Of a stretch of DNA of 64,000 bases, positions 45,535 through 55,806 are shown piece by piece. The position numbers and the translations under genes are program-made. This DNA is from Phototrophicaceae bacterium (lineage in GTDB: Bacteria > Chloroflexota > Anaerolineae > Aggregatilineales > Phototrophicaceae): positions 1,936,403 to 2,000,402 of the forward strand of contig OZ243925.1 in the NCBI GenBank assembly GCA_965213965.1, in the 5' to 3' direction. The first letter of the stretch is position 1; each line of letters begins with the position of its first letter. The notes beneath the pieces are model-generated. The model did not search any database and was not told the DNA's origin. It saw only the letters and a list, made by a program, of their open reading frames with translations.

Positions 45535-45630
45535 TGGGCGGGGCACTGCCTCGCCCCTGCACAGATTCAATTTTGCAGGGCTTATTTGATGCTACTTCTG
45601 TGTCTCTGTGGCAAAAACCTTTGTGCTTCG
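45535..45630 (-). repeat. Repeat-family copy with an intact terminal motif
   Basis: GGGCGGGGCACTGCCTCGCCCCTGCACAGATTCAATTTTGCAGGGCTT...CTACTTCTGTGTCTCTGTGGCAAAAACCTTTGTGCTTCG. Confidence 0.6.
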
Positions 45631-46029
45631 TTTTGCGCGGGATTCACCCTCTTGCCTGCGCAGGCGCAGCAATAAGCCGCAGCCCAGCCCCGCCAAGCCA
45701 CCCGCCAGCGCCCAGGTCGGCAGCCGCTCCAGCGCCCCCAACAGCATGTGCGGCGGATAATCGGGGAAGGCGTGCGCGTGTCGCAAATCTTTGAAGAGCA
45801 TCAGCGCGAAGACTGACAGGCTGGTCAGCGCGCCAAAAAAAGCGCCGGCCCGCAGCGCGGAGCCCAGCCTGTGCAGCGCGCGCGGCATCAACATGGCAGT
45901 AGTGGCCAGCGCCAATAGCCCGCCGAGCAGCGCAACCGCATTGGCGTCCTGGTCTTCCACGCCTGACCACAGCAAGATGGCGATGCCACAAAACAGCAAG
46001 AGCGGTTGCGCCCAGCGAGCAGCCGTCAT
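45592..46029 (-). CDS. Hypothetical 4-TM membrane protein, translationally coupled to lon
   Basis: Its ATG overlaps the lon stop (4-nt overlap). It has hydrophobic segments. The last ~12 codons and the stop lie inside the repeat element. Confidence 0.55.
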   Translation of the reverse strand: MTAARWAQPLLLFCGIAILLWSGVEDQDANAVALLGGLLALATTAMLMPRALHRLGSALRAGAFFGALTSLSVFALMLFKDLRHAHAFPDYPPHMLLGALERLPTWALAGGLAGLGCGLLLRLRRQEGESRAKRSTKVFATETQK

Positions 46030-48509
46030 GGCGCCGCCGGCCGCCCATCCAGCGCCACATCCAGCACTTCGTCCAGATGCTCGACCAGCACAAAAGTCAG
46101 CTCGGCGCGCACATCCTCCGGCACATCATCCAGGTCGTTTTCGTTTTTGTGCGGCAGGATGACCGTATCCGCCCCCAGCCGATGCGCCGCCAACACTTTG
46201 TCTTTGATGCCGCCGACCGGCAGCACCCGCCCGCTCAAGGTCAGCTCGCCGGTCATGGCGATATGGCTCTTGGCGCTGCGGCCCGTCAGCAGCGAGGCGA
46301 TGGCAACCGCCATGGTGATTCCCGCGCTCGGGCCATCTTTGGGCACCGCGCCCGCAGGCACATGCAAATGCACATCGAAGTCGCTGTAAAACGCGGGGTC
46401 AACACCCAGCTGCTCGGCGCGCGAACGTGCAAAACTATAGGCGATCTGCGCGCTCTCTTGCATGACTTCGCCCAGTTGGCCTGTATATTGGAAGCCTTTG
46501 CCGCCGTTCATCTTGGTGGCTTCGATGAAGAGTGCATCGCCACCCACCGGCGTCCAAGCCAGCCCCGTCGCCACGCCGGGCAGGTCGCTGCGGTCTTGCA
46601 ATTCGCTGCGATAACCAAAGCGCGCTTTGCCCAGCAGCTCCTTCAAATCCTCGGGCGCGATGCAGACGCGCTCGGCGGTGGCTTCGGCGATTTTCGTTAC
46701 CACCTTGCGCGCCGCCTTGCCGATCTCGCGTTCGAGGTTGCGCACGCCAGCCTCACGCGTGTAATCACGGATAATCTGCAATAGCGCCGCGTCTTTGAAC
46801 TCGAGCTCGTCGGCATGCAAGCCATTTTCGCGGCGCTGGCGCGGCACCAGGTATTGCGCGGCTATCGCTTGTTTTTCGCGCTCGGTATAGCCGCTCAGCT
46901 GAATGATTTCCATGCGGTCGCGCAAGGGGCGCGGGATGGTATCCAGCGCGTTGGCGGTGGTGATGAACATGCAATCGCTGAGGTCAAAAGCCACATCCAG
47001 ATAATGATCGCGGAATTCGGCATTTTGTTCGGGGTCCAACACTTCCAGCAGCGCGGAGCCGGGGTCGCCACGAAAGTCGCGCCCCAGTTTGTCAATCTCG
47101 TCCAGCATAATCAGCGGATTGCGAGATTGGGCGCGGCGGATGGCCTGGATGATGCGCCCGGGCATCGCGCCGATGTACGTGCGTCGAAAGCCGCGAATCT
47201 CGGCTTCGTCGCGGATGCCGCCCAGGCTCATGCGGATGAACTTGCGGCCCATCGCCCGCGCAATCGACGCGCCTAGCGAGGTCTTGCCGACGCCGGGCGG
47301 GCCAACAAATGCCAAGATCGCGCCAGAACGATCACGCCGCACGGGGTCCAGCGCCTCGGATTCAGCGAATTCCGCTTCGCGCTCCGCCCGCAACTTTCGT
47401 ACAGCCAGGAATTCCAGGATGCGCTGTTTGACATCCTGCAGTCCATAATGGTCTTCGTCCAGGATGGCGCGCGCGTTGGCGATATCCAGCTTGTCTTCGG
47501 TGCGGGTATCCCAAGGCATGCCGCAGATCCAGTCCAGGTAGGTACGGATGACGCCATATTCAGCCGCCGCAACCGATAGCTTGGACAAGCGGTTCAGCTC
47601 GCGCTCGGCTTCTTTGCGCGCTTCCTCGGGCATGTTGGCTTCGTCAATGAGTTGGCGGAATCTTTCGATCTCTTTGTGGTCTTCATCTTCTTCGAGTTCG
47701 CGCTGGATGGCTTTCATCTGCTCGCGCAGGTAATAATCGCGCTGCGACTTTTCCATTTCTTCCTGGGCGTCTTCCTGGATTTTGCGCCCCAGTGAAAGCA
47801 CATCCACTTCTTTTGATAATAGCTTGAGCAACAAGCGGATTTTGTCGCTGACATTGTCCAGCTCCAGCAGCAGTTGCGCATCATCGGACTCGATGCGCAC
47901 ATAAGTCGCGATTGAATACACCAACTGCAGCGGGTCTTCGACATGGATTGCGCTGCTCACCAGCTCTTCGGGGATGTTGGGCACCAGCTCTGCCAGTTGG
48001 CTGAAGCGGTCGGTGATGCTGCGCACCATGGCTTCCATTTCGATATCGTCGGCAAAGACGACTTCATCTTCGGCAATCCGCGCAACTCGCGCTTTGAGAT
48101 AGGGCGCATCGCTGACGAATTCGTCGATGCGGATGCGTTGCAAGCCCTGGATCAACAAGCGGATCGTGCCGTCTGGCGCGCGGAACAGCCGATGTATGGT
48201 CGCCAATGTGCCGACCGTGTGCACTTGGTCGGGCCCCGGCGTACCTTGGTTGGGGTCTTTTGAAGCGACCAAGCCCACCATGCGGTCGCCCGCCACGACA
48301 TCGTTGACCAGTTGGATGCTGCGCTCTTGACCGACTGTCAGGGGTATCGCCGTCTGCGGATAGACGACTAGCCCGCGCAAAGGCAAGACAGGCACTTCCT
48401 CCGGCAAGTCGATGGCGCTGCTGTCATCGTCCATGCTCTCTACCAGCTCGATTTCGATGGCTGGCGCCGGGGCATCTTCATCGTCCAGCAGGTAATCCCG
48501 ATTGTGCAT
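46026..48509 (-). CDS. lon: ATP-dependent Lon protease (LonA)
   Basis: LON N-domain, Walker [10 protein letters not shown], and the protease domain with PKDGPSAGI (catalytic Ser). ATG 48509 follows GAGGAAAG. A TTG at 48536 is an alternative start. Confidence 0.92.
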   Translation of the reverse strand: MHNRDYLLDDEDAPAPAIEIELVESMDDDSSAIDLPEEVPVLPLRGLVVYPQTAIPLTVGQERSIQLVNDVVAGDRMVGLVASKDPNQGTPGPDQVHTVGTLATIHRLFRAPDGTIRLLIQGLQRIRIDEFVSDAPYLKARVARIAEDEVVFADDIEMEAMVRSITDRFSQLAELVPNIPEELVSSAIHVEDPLQLVYSIATYVRIESDDAQLLLELDNVSDKIRLLLKLLSKEVDVLSLGRKIQEDAQEEMEKSQRDYYLREQMKAIQRELEEDEDHKEIERFRQLIDEANMPEEARKEAERELNRLSKLSVAAAEYGVIRTYLDWICGMPWDTRTEDKLDIANARAILDEDHYGLQDVKQRILEFLAVRKLRAEREAEFAESEALDPVRRDRSGAILAFVGPPGVGKTSLGASIARAMGRKFIRMSLGGIRDEAEIRGFRRTYIGAMPGRIIQAIRRAQSRNPLIMLDEIDKLGRDFRGDPGSALLEVLDPEQNAEFRDHYLDVAFDLSDCMFITTANALDTIPRPLRDRMEIIQLSGYTEREKQAIAAQYLVPRQRRENGLHADELEFKDAALLQIIRDYTREAGVRNLEREIGKAARKVVTKIAEATAERVCIAPEDLKELLGKARFGYRSELQDRSDLPGVATGLAWTPVGGDALFIEATKMNGGKGFQYTGQLGEVMQESAQIAYSFARSRAEQLGVDPAFYSDFDVHLHVPAGAVPKDGPSAGITMAVAIASLLTGRSAKSHIAMTGELTLSGRVLPVGGIKDKVLAAHRLGADTVILPHKNENDLDDVPEDVRAELTFVLVEHLDEVLDVALDGRPAAP

Positions 48510-48660
48510 AGCATGCTTTCCTCGCTGGGCAGGCAACTGTGACGGCAGGGCAAGTGCGCCATCCCCTTCTACTTTAGCGATTGTCGCGCATAATTGGAAT
48601 CAACGTTTGCGGCGCGCGCCTTTTTTTTGACGAGTTTCTAAGATATCCAGCCCAGCCCAT

Positions 48661-48688
48661 TTGCCGAAACAGCAGATGCGCATACAAT
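48661..48688 (+). promoter_or_regulatory. Sigma70-type promoter for the L,D-transpeptidase gene
   Basis: TTGCCG (48661-48666), 16-nt spacer, TACAAT (48683-48688). This argues against the ORF-track start at 48661. Confidence 0.45.
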
Positions 48689-48711
48689 GGTTATACTGCG
48701 ACAGGCGAATT

Positions 48712-50487
48712 ATGAGGCGCGCAAGTTGCCCAATGACTCAAAACAACCGCAGGAACCACCGACGTCCCACCCGCCGCACCCGTGAGCGCGTGCAGGCGCG
48801 GCAGCAGCGCCGCCTCGTTGTGCAGGCAAGCCGCCGAGCGAACCGCGAAGAGCACGCTTTTTTTCGTCGGCGCTTCCCCGCCTATGACGAAAACAATGCC
48901 GTGCATCGCGCTTTGGCCTGGTTATTTTCCAGCCGCTCGCCGCTTGCCAAATTGACGACCTTGGTAACGCTTTCGGTGTTGATTTTCTTCATCGGCAATT
49001 ATGTCGTCTCTGGGCGCATCTTCCCCAACATTTATACACTGGGCTTGCCGCTTGGCGAGTTGACGCCCGAGCAAGCCGAGCAAGCGATCCTCGCGCATTG
49101 GCGGGATGACGTGCACATCGATATCACAGTCGATGGCGAACGCCTGCAAACGATGACGCCCGCAGCGCTGGGCTTGACCATAGACGCCGCGGCAATGGCC
49201 GCCAGCGCGAAGGCGGCTGGCATCGCTGGCATCCCCTTCGGTTTGCATATCACCCCGGTTGTCGGCGTCTCGCATGCCAGAGCACAATCGGTGCTGCTGG
49301 ATATGACCGAAGATATCTTCTTGCGGCAATATGAGGCTGGCTACAAATGGTCGGGCGGCACGCTCATCGCGGTGCCAGGCCGCCGCGGCCGCCACCTGGA
49401 TGTTACAGCCAGTTTGCAAAGCCTCAAAGACGACCTCGTCAACGTCGTCAGCTATGAGCAATTCGACCTGACGACCAACGCCATCAACCCGAATGTGCTG
49501 GATAGCTCGCCCTTCCTGGGCGAAGCGCTGGTCTTGTTGGACAGCGGTTTGCGCATCCGCGCTTATGATCCTTTTTCTGACGAGTTGGTTGCCTTCAGCG
49601 TTACCGATGTGCAGGCGGCAGAGTGGCTGACGGCCGGCGAGAACGGCCTGGGGGTGCGTGACGATGTCTTCCGCGCATTTGTAGAAACCGAAAACAGACG
49701 GCTGGTAGCCAACGGACGCTACATCGACGAGCTGGAAGCAATAGAAAAATTGCAAATTGCGCTCATAGACCGCAACCCGGATATCCTGCTGCGCCTGCGT
49801 TACCTGCCGTCCAAATACCAGGTGGAAGGGGGGGATACAGGCTCTTCCATCGGCCGGAAGCGCGGCATCCCTTATGAATTCATCGGGGCAGCCAATCCCA
49901 CGGTCAATTGGAATCGGCTGAATATTGGCCAGGAAGTGCAATTGCCCTCGCGCGATACCATGGTGCCGGTCGACCCCGTCCCGCACAAGCGCATCGTCGT
50001 CGACCTGGAATCGCAATGGCTTTTGGCATTCGACAATCGGCAGTTGGTTTTCAGCTGGCCGATCTCATCCGGCCGCGAGCGGGCGGAAACCTACCCGGGC
50101 ATCTACCAGATCCTGACGCACAATGAGGTGGCGTCGGGCGGCAGTTATGCGCTCTGCAATGAATCCGGCACCGATTGTGCCCACTGGAAGATGAAGTGGT
50201 TCATGGGCGTTTATGAAGTCGTGCCCGGCTTGATGAACGGGTTTCACGGCGCAGTCGAGCTGCCCAATGGCAACTACCTGGGCGGCGGCAATGTCTACGA
50301 GCCGAGCACTTTCGGGTGTATCATGTCGCTGGATTCCAAAGCTGAACAACTCTATCGCTGGGCAGAACTAGGCACCATGGTCGAGATCGTCTCTCAGTAC
50401 TTTCAGCCCGAAAGCGACATCGCAAAATACGCGCTGGAATACATCAGCTCCATCGATACGACCTTGCGCTCGACAACGGCATTATAA
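48712..50487 (+). CDS. Membrane-anchored L,D-transpeptidase (YkuD) with a LysM domain
   Basis: Arg-rich cytoplasmic N-terminus and one TM helix. LysM-like segment YQVEGGDTGSSIGRKRGIPYEFIGAANP...LNIGQEVQLP. YkuD catalytic region HG.....G...S.GCIM. The start is 48712 or 48733. Confidence 0.8.
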   Translation: MRRASCPMTQNNRRNHRRPTRRTRERVQARQQRRLVVQASRRANREEHAFFRRRFPAYDENNAVHRALAWLFSSRSPLAKLTTLVTLSVLIFFIGNYVVSGRIFPNIYTLGLPLGELTPEQAEQAILAHWRDDVHIDITVDGERLQTMTPAALGLTIDAAAMAASAKAAGIAGIPFGLHITPVVGVSHARAQSVLLDMTEDIFLRQYEAGYKWSGGTLIAVPGRRGRHLDVTASLQSLKDDLVNVVSYEQFDLTTNAINPNVLDSSPFLGEALVLLDSGLRIRAYDPFSDELVAFSVTDVQAAEWLTAGENGLGVRDDVFRAFVETENRRLVANGRYIDELEAIEKLQIALIDRNPDILLRLRYLPSKYQVEGGDTGSSIGRKRGIPYEFIGAANPTVNWNRLNIGQEVQLPSRDTMVPVDPVPHKRIVVDLESQWLLAFDNRQLVFSWPISSGRERAETYPGIYQILTHNEVASGGSYALCNESGTDCAHWKMKWFMGVYEVVPGLMNGFHGAVELPNGNYLGGGNVYEPSTFGCIMSLDSKAEQLYRWAELGTMVEIVSQYFQPESDIAKYALEYISSIDTTLRSTTAL

Positions 50488-50488
50488 G

Positions 50489-50502
50489 CCCCCCCCCCCC
50501 CC
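50489..50502. repeat. Homopolymeric C14 tract
   Basis: 14 consecutive C residues start 2 nt after the TAA stop (50485-50487). Confidence 0.95.
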
Positions 50503-50708
50503 GCCAGGTCGTGGGGAGCGCAATCTACTGGGTTGAAAAGCTGCCGAAGCCACGATTCACTGCGCTGAAAACAGAGCCGAGAGACAAGCGCTGTGCTTTC
50601 TGTGTTGATATCTTTCTGCGAATGCCCTGGCTATCCATAACCGCATATTCTGATTTGCGCTGCCTGCGGTAAAATGCAGGCTTGTTGCCGATGATGCGAG
50701 GCAAAATC

Positions 50709-52586
50709 ATGATTGAAGCCTATGGCACCTGGAAGAGCCCGATTAGTGGCGCAGCAATTGCTAGCGCTGTCAGCCTGCGCGATGTGCAATGGGATGCCGC
50801 TGGCGAAACCCTGGTGTGGTGGGAAAACCGCGAGAAGATCGGCATTCTGGTGGCGCAAACGGGTAGCGACGCCCCGCGCGACTTGACCGACTCAACCTTG
50901 AATGTGTCGGGCGCGGTGGGCTATGGCGGCGGCGCATTCACAGTCGGCGCGGGGGATGTCGTCTTCGCCACCAAGAGCCGCTTCTACCGCCAGTCGCTAG
51001 CTGGTGGCGCGGCGCGCGCACTGACGCCAGCGTTCGGCAGTTGTGCCTCGCCCGCCATGTCCGCCGATGGCAATTGGGTCGCCTATGTGCACAGCTATGA
51101 GCATGTGGACGGGCTGGCGATTGTCGATGCGCAGGGCGCGCACTTCCCGCGCAAACTGGCCTATGGCACCGACTTCGTCATGCAGCCAGCCTGGCATCCA
51201 GGGGGCCGACACATCGCCTTCGTCGCCTGGAACCACCCGCAGATGCCCTGGAATGGCAGCGAGCTGCGCTTGGTGGAGCTGGCTTTTGACGCTGCGGGAT
51301 TCCCTTATGCGCAGGATATCGTCACCCTGGCAGGCGATACAGAGACCGCCATTTTTCAGCCCGCTTTTTCGCCCGATGGTCGCTATCTTGCCTACATCAG
51401 CGATGCCAGTGGCTGGGGGCAGGTCTATCTTTATGATCTTGAATTGCAGCAGCATATCCAGCTAACGCGCGACCCAGCCGAGCACGGGACGCCAGCCTGG
51501 GCGCAGGGCATGCGCAGCTTCGGCTGGTCCAGCGACAGCCGCGCCATCTTGTGCTTGCGCAACGAACGCGCCTTCTATAGCTTGCAACGTTGTGATGTGG
51601 GGACGGGCAAATGTGAAACAGTCGCGGGCTTGGACGAATACAGCGAAATGGAGCAGATCAGCGTTGCGCCCAAGCGCGATGCCATCGCTATGATCGCTTC
51701 GTCTTCGTTGATCCCGCCGCGCGTGATATCGCTGCGCGGGCAGGGCGGCCTGCAGATCCACCGCCGGCGCGGCGCGGAGAACCTGGGCGCAGACCAGCTT
51801 TCCGCAGCGCAGGCCATCACCTGGCAGGGTGACGATGGCGGCGCAGTGCACGGGCTCTATTATCCACCTGTCCTGAAAGATGTTCAGCCCGCCGGCGCGC
51901 CCCCGCTGATCGTCAACATCCACGGGGGGCCGACCTCGCAGCGCTGCGCTGGCTTCTATAGCGAAGTGCAATTTTTCACCACGCGCGGCTATGCGGTGCT
52001 GCAAGTCAACCATCGCGGCGGCACTGGCTATGGCAAAGCCTATATGAATAAGCACCGCGGCAACTGGGGCGTATATGATGTCACCGACTCGCTGGCAGGG
52101 GTCACGCATCTGGCGCAGGCGGGGCTGGTGGACGGCGATAAAGCGGTCATCATGGGCGGCAGCGCGGGCGGCTTCACTGTGCTGCAATCGCTGGTCGAGC
52201 AGCCTGGCTTTTACAAGGCGGGCATCTGCTCCTACGGCGTTTCCAACCAGTTTGGCTTGCTGATGGACACGCACAAATTTGAAGAACGGTATACCTATTG
52301 GCTGCTGGGCGAATTGCCCGCAGCGGCTGCGCTCTACCGTCAACGCTCGCCGGTTTTCCACGCCGACCAGATCGTCGACCCCATCATCGTCTTCCAGGGC
52401 ACAGACGATGTGGTCGTGCCGCAAGACCAGTCGGACAGCATCGTCGCTTCATTGAAGCGGCGCGGCATCCCGCACGAATATCACTTGTTCGAGGGCGAGG
52501 GGCATGGCTGGCGGCAGGCGGCAACAATCGAGCGCTATTATAACGCCATTGAGCGCTTCTTGCTGCAGCATGTCATTTATGCCTAG
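50709..52586 (+). CDS. S9-family serine peptidase (prolyl oligopeptidase / acylaminoacyl peptidase type)
   Basis: N-terminal beta-propeller region. C-terminal alpha/beta hydrolase with GGSAGGF (GxSxGG) and downstream D and H. ATG 50709 lies 8 nt after GAGG. A TAAAAT -10-like element is at 50670-50675. Confidence 0.88.
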   Translation: MIEAYGTWKSPISGAAIASAVSLRDVQWDAAGETLVWWENREKIGILVAQTGSDAPRDLTDSTLNVSGAVGYGGGAFTVGAGDVVFATKSRFYRQSLAGGAARALTPAFGSCASPAMSADGNWVAYVHSYEHVDGLAIVDAQGAHFPRKLAYGTDFVMQPAWHPGGRHIAFVAWNHPQMPWNGSELRLVELAFDAAGFPYAQDIVTLAGDTETAIFQPAFSPDGRYLAYISDASGWGQVYLYDLELQQHIQLTRDPAEHGTPAWAQGMRSFGWSSDSRAILCLRNERAFYSLQRCDVGTGKCETVAGLDEYSEMEQISVAPKRDAIAMIASSSLIPPRVISLRGQGGLQIHRRRGAENLGADQLSAAQAITWQGDDGGAVHGLYYPPVLKDVQPAGAPPLIVNIHGGPTSQRCAGFYSEVQFFTTRGYAVLQVNHRGGTGYGKAYMNKHRGNWGVYDVTDSLAGVTHLAQAGLVDGDKAVIMGGSAGGFTVLQSLVEQPGFYKAGICSYGVSNQFGLLMDTHKFEERYTYWLLGELPAAAALYRQRSPVFHADQIVDPIIVFQGTDDVVVPQDQSDSIVASLKRRGIPHEYHLFEGEGHGWRQAATIERYYNAIERFLLQHVIYA

Positions 52587-52613
52587 TGCTGCCGGGCTGG
52601 CTGAGGCGCGCCG

Positions 52614-53585
52614 ATGATCGCCAACATCCTCTTGCTCTTGCTAGGGCTGGTCGGCTTGTTTTATGGCGGCAATTGGCTGGTGCGCGGCGCCTCCAACTTG
52701 GCGTTGACCTTTGGCGTATCGGTGCTCGTCATCGGCATGACCATCGTCGCGCTGGGCACATCCATGCCCGAGCTGTTGGTGAGCGTGCAAGCGGCGCTGG
52801 CTGGCAAGAGTGACCTGGCCATCGGCAATGTAATCGGCTCCAACATCGCCAATATCGGTCTCATCCTGGGCGCGACAGGCTTGATTATGCCGCTGGTCGT
52901 GCAAGCCAGCCTGCTGCGGCGCGAGATCCCCATCATGCTGTTCATCACCGCGGGCGCATTCGCCCTGGTCGCCGATGGGCAAATCAGCCGGCTGGATGGC
53001 GCTGTCTTGCTGGCGGGTTTCGTGGCTTTTAACCTGTCCTTTTATCTGCGCGCGCGCGGCGAACGAAATGCGCGCAAGCAGCAGGCCGCGCAACCAGCCC
53101 TGCCCGCAGACAAAATTAACCGCTGGCGCGAACTGGTTTTCCTGGTGGCGGGCATCGCCGTGCTGGTGGTTAGCTCGCGGCTGATGGTCGAAGGCGCAGT
53201 CAACCTGGCGCGCATGATCGGCATCAGCGAGCTGGTCATCGCCATCACCTTGGTGGCTTTTGGCACATCGCTGCCCGAGTTGGCGGCATCGCTCTCCGCA
53301 GCCTGGCACAAAGAAACCGACCTGGCGATTGGCAATATCGTCGGCTCGAATATCGCTAATTTGCTGCTCATATTGGGTGCCACAGCGCTCGTTCAGCCTA
53401 TCCAGATAGAGCCTAGCGAAGTGCAGCTGGAGTTCTTGGTGATGTTCGCTTTCGCAGCGCTGTTGATTCCTTTCTCCCGCAGGCAACACTTGGGCCGCAC
53501 AGCCTCGCTGGCTCTGCTGCTGGCTTATGCCGGCTTCATCATCTATAGCCTGGCCGCAGGCAGCGCCTCCCATCTGCTACAATGA
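52614..53585 (+). CDS. Ca2+/Na+ (CaCA family, YrbG-like) antiporter
   Basis: Two alpha-repeats (GNVIGSNIANIGLILG and GNIVGSNIANLLLILG). Confidence 0.88.
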   Translation: MIANILLLLLGLVGLFYGGNWLVRGASNLALTFGVSVLVIGMTIVALGTSMPELLVSVQAALAGKSDLAIGNVIGSNIANIGLILGATGLIMPLVVQASLLRREIPIMLFITAGAFALVADGQISRLDGAVLLAGFVAFNLSFYLRARGERNARKQQAAQPALPADKINRWRELVFLVAGIAVLVVSSRLMVEGAVNLARMIGISELVIAITLVAFGTSLPELAASLSAAWHKETDLAIGNIVGSNIANLLLILGATALVQPIQIEPSEVQLEFLVMFAFAALLIPFSRRQHLGRTASLALLLAYAGFIIYSLAAGSASHLLQ

Positions 53586-53613
53586 ACAACACGCGTTCCC
53601 GACGAACAGGAAC

Positions 53614-54645
53614 ATGACCATGCCGCAGTATCCGCCCGTTGCGCATTTTCGCAGCAGCAGCGGCGTCGATATCTATCAATTGCCGCTGTTGCTTTTCCCG
53701 CCAGATTTCAGCGGCCACGCCTACTTGCTGGATGGCGCGGGACCGCTGACCCTGGTCGATACCGGCTCGGGCATGCCACAGAGCAACGCCGACCTGCTGG
53801 CTGGCTTCCAGGCATTGCGCGAGCGCTTTGGCAAGTCCTACGCCTTGGGCGATGTGGAGCGCATCATCCTCACGCATGGGCATATCGACCATTTTGGCGG
53901 CTTGGCCTATGTGAAAGCGCATGCGGATGCCGAAGTCGCCATTCATGAGCTGGATCGGCGTGTGCTGACCAATTATGAAGAACGGCTGGTGGTGGCGACC
54001 AAGGCGCTGGGCATCTATTTCGACCGCGCAGGCATCAACCCCGCGCGCCGAGACGAATTATTCGCCATCTACGGCTTTGCCAAACAACATGTTACGTCGA
54101 TAGCAGTCGATATCAACTTGCGCGACGAGCAGGTGCTGGACGGCCTGGAATTCATTCACGCGCCCGGGCATTGTCCGGGCCAAGTCTGCATCCGCCTGGG
54201 CGATGTGCTGCTGAGCGCCGACCACGTGCTCTCGCGAACGACGCCGCATCAATCGCCCGAAAGCATAACGCACTATATGGGCTTGGATCATTATGCGGAT
54301 TCATTGCGCAAGCTGCTAAAAGTGCCGGGCATTGCCCTGGCGCTGGGCGGCCACGAAGACCCCATAGACGACCTGTACGGGCGCATCCAAGCCATCCGCG
54401 CCAGCCACAACCGCAAGCTCGAGCGCATTCGCAATATCATGCGCGGGCAAGGCAAACCCATGACCATCAGCGAGATCTCCGCCGCCATGTACCCCGATGT
54501 GCAGGGATACCATGTGTTGCTGGCCCTGGAAGAAGCCGGCGCGCACATTGAATATCTCTATCAACATGCCCAGTTGCGCATCGCCAACCTGCGGCAATTC
54601 GAACGCGAGGAGAACCCCGCCATCCTATACGAATTGTGGGAATAG
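53614..54645 (+). CDS. MBL-fold metallo-hydrolase
   Basis: It starts at MTMPQYPP (ATG 53614). Motif THGHIDHFGG. Confidence 0.8.
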   Translation: MTMPQYPPVAHFRSSSGVDIYQLPLLLFPPDFSGHAYLLDGAGPLTLVDTGSGMPQSNADLLAGFQALRERFGKSYALGDVERIILTHGHIDHFGGLAYVKAHADAEVAIHELDRRVLTNYEERLVVATKALGIYFDRAGINPARRDELFAIYGFAKQHVTSIAVDINLRDEQVLDGLEFIHAPGHCPGQVCIRLGDVLLSADHVLSRTTPHQSPESITHYMGLDHYADSLRKLLKVPGIALALGGHEDPIDDLYGRIQAIRASHNRKLERIRNIMRGQGKPMTISEISAAMYPDVQGYHVLLALEEAGAHIEYLYQHAQLRIANLRQFEREENPAILYELWE

Positions 54646-54699
54646 GCGCTGCCTCGTGCCCCCTCAATAATTCTCCATTCCTCTGTGAAACATATTTTT

Positions 54700-54727
54700 T
54701 TGACGCCAGCGCGCTATCCTGTATAAT
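54700..54727 (+). promoter_or_regulatory. Near-consensus sigma70 promoter for the RDD-TPR-amylase genes
   Basis: TTGACG (54700-54705), 16-nt spacer, TATAAT (54722-54727), preceded by a T-rich UP-like stretch. Confidence 0.55.
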
Positions 54728-54783
54728 CTGGGTGAAGCAGCGGCAATCCCCCCAGCCGCGCAAAGTGCAGGAAGGAAACCACC

Positions 54784-55242
54784 ATGGGCAAGAAATCGAA
54801 ACAGGCCGCTGATAATGTGCATGAACTCGCTGGCATCGTGCCGCGCTGCTTGGCTGGCATCATTGACGGCTTCTTGCTGTTGATGCTCATGCTTTTGGTG
54901 CTGGCTGTCATTTCTTCCAGCGGTGAACTGTTGCCGGTGTTGGCCAACTTCTTCAGCCTGGCTGTGCCTGTTTTCTATTACTGGTACTTCTGGACGCGCC
55001 GCAAGGGCCAGACGCCGGGCAAGTTCGCGCTGGGCATCCGCGTTGTAAAAGCCGATGGCACGCCAATCAGCGATGTGGACGCCGTCATCCGCGCAGTCGG
55101 CTATCAGGTCAGCGCCGTGCTCTTTGGGCTGGGCTACCTGTGGGCATTGATCGACCGCAAGAATCAAACCTGGCACGACAAACTGGCGCGCACGTATGTG
55201 GTGCGCAGCCAGGCACAACGGCGCACAGTCGAAATTGGTTGA
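54784..55242 (+). CDS. RDD-family membrane protein
   Basis: R..A..ID......, GQTPGK...G.RVV and W.D motifs, with 3 TM segments. Confidence 0.8.
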   Translation: MGKKSKQAADNVHELAGIVPRCLAGIIDGFLLLMLMLLVLAVISSSGELLPVLANFFSLAVPVFYYWYFWTRRKGQTPGKFALGIRVVKADGTPISDVDAVIRAVGYQVSAVLFGLGYLWALIDRKNQTWHDKLARTYVVRSQAQRRTVEIG

Positions 55243-55275
55243 GCCGCATTTGCGCATATTGCCGAGCTGGCTGCT

Positions 55276-55806
55276 ATGAGCAAGCTGGCGCAGTGGCTGG
55301 GCATCCCGCGGGTTCGGGCAGATGAACACTATTGGGAGGCGCTGCGAGCCTTCAGCCAACGCGACCTGGCGGCTGCCCAAGCCGCCATAAGCGAGGCGCT
55401 GGAATTGCTGCCTGGGCACGCTGAATACCACGCCGTGCAGGGTTTCTTTGCCCAAGAAGATAAATCCTTGCAGCGCGCAGAAGCATGTTACCAGCGCGCC
55501 TTGCAGTTGAATGCCTACGAGATGCTGGCGAATTATGGGCGGGGCATGCTGGCGTATCGCAACCGCGAATGGCAAGCTGCTGCGGAGCACTTCGTCAATG
55601 CGCTGGCTGCCCAGCCTCAACGACCGGAAACGCTCTATTTCTTGGCGATGACCCAACATCGACTGGGCAAAAATGACGAGGCGATGCGCTGGATGGCCGC
55701 CGCCGCCGCCCGCTTCGCCAGCTCCGCCGACCACCGCGAACGGCACTGCCACAGCTGGCTGCGCGAATTCGAAAAACTCAGCTCCGAGCACGCAGAGCAA
55801 TCATGA
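55276..55806 (+). CDS. Tetratricopeptide-repeat protein
   Basis: Repeated 34-aa A/Y/L-pattern helices (e.g. AEACYQRALQLNAYEMLANYGRG). Confidence 0.75.
   Translation: MSKLAQWLGIPRVRADEHYWEALRAFSQRDLAAAQAAISEALELLPGHAEYHAVQGFFAQEDKSLQRAEACYQRALQLNAYEMLANYGRGMLAYRNREWQAAAEHFVNALAAQPQRPETLYFLAMTQHRLGKNDEAMRWMAAAAARFASSADHRERHCHSWLREFEKLSSEHAEQS

Noticed and set aside
48611-48628. GGCGCGCGCC followed by T8, considered as a terminator.
   Set aside because: It lies in the divergent promoter region between lon (minus strand) and the L,D-transpeptidase gene (plus strand). No co-directional gene ends upstream of it. The palindrome has essentially no loop.
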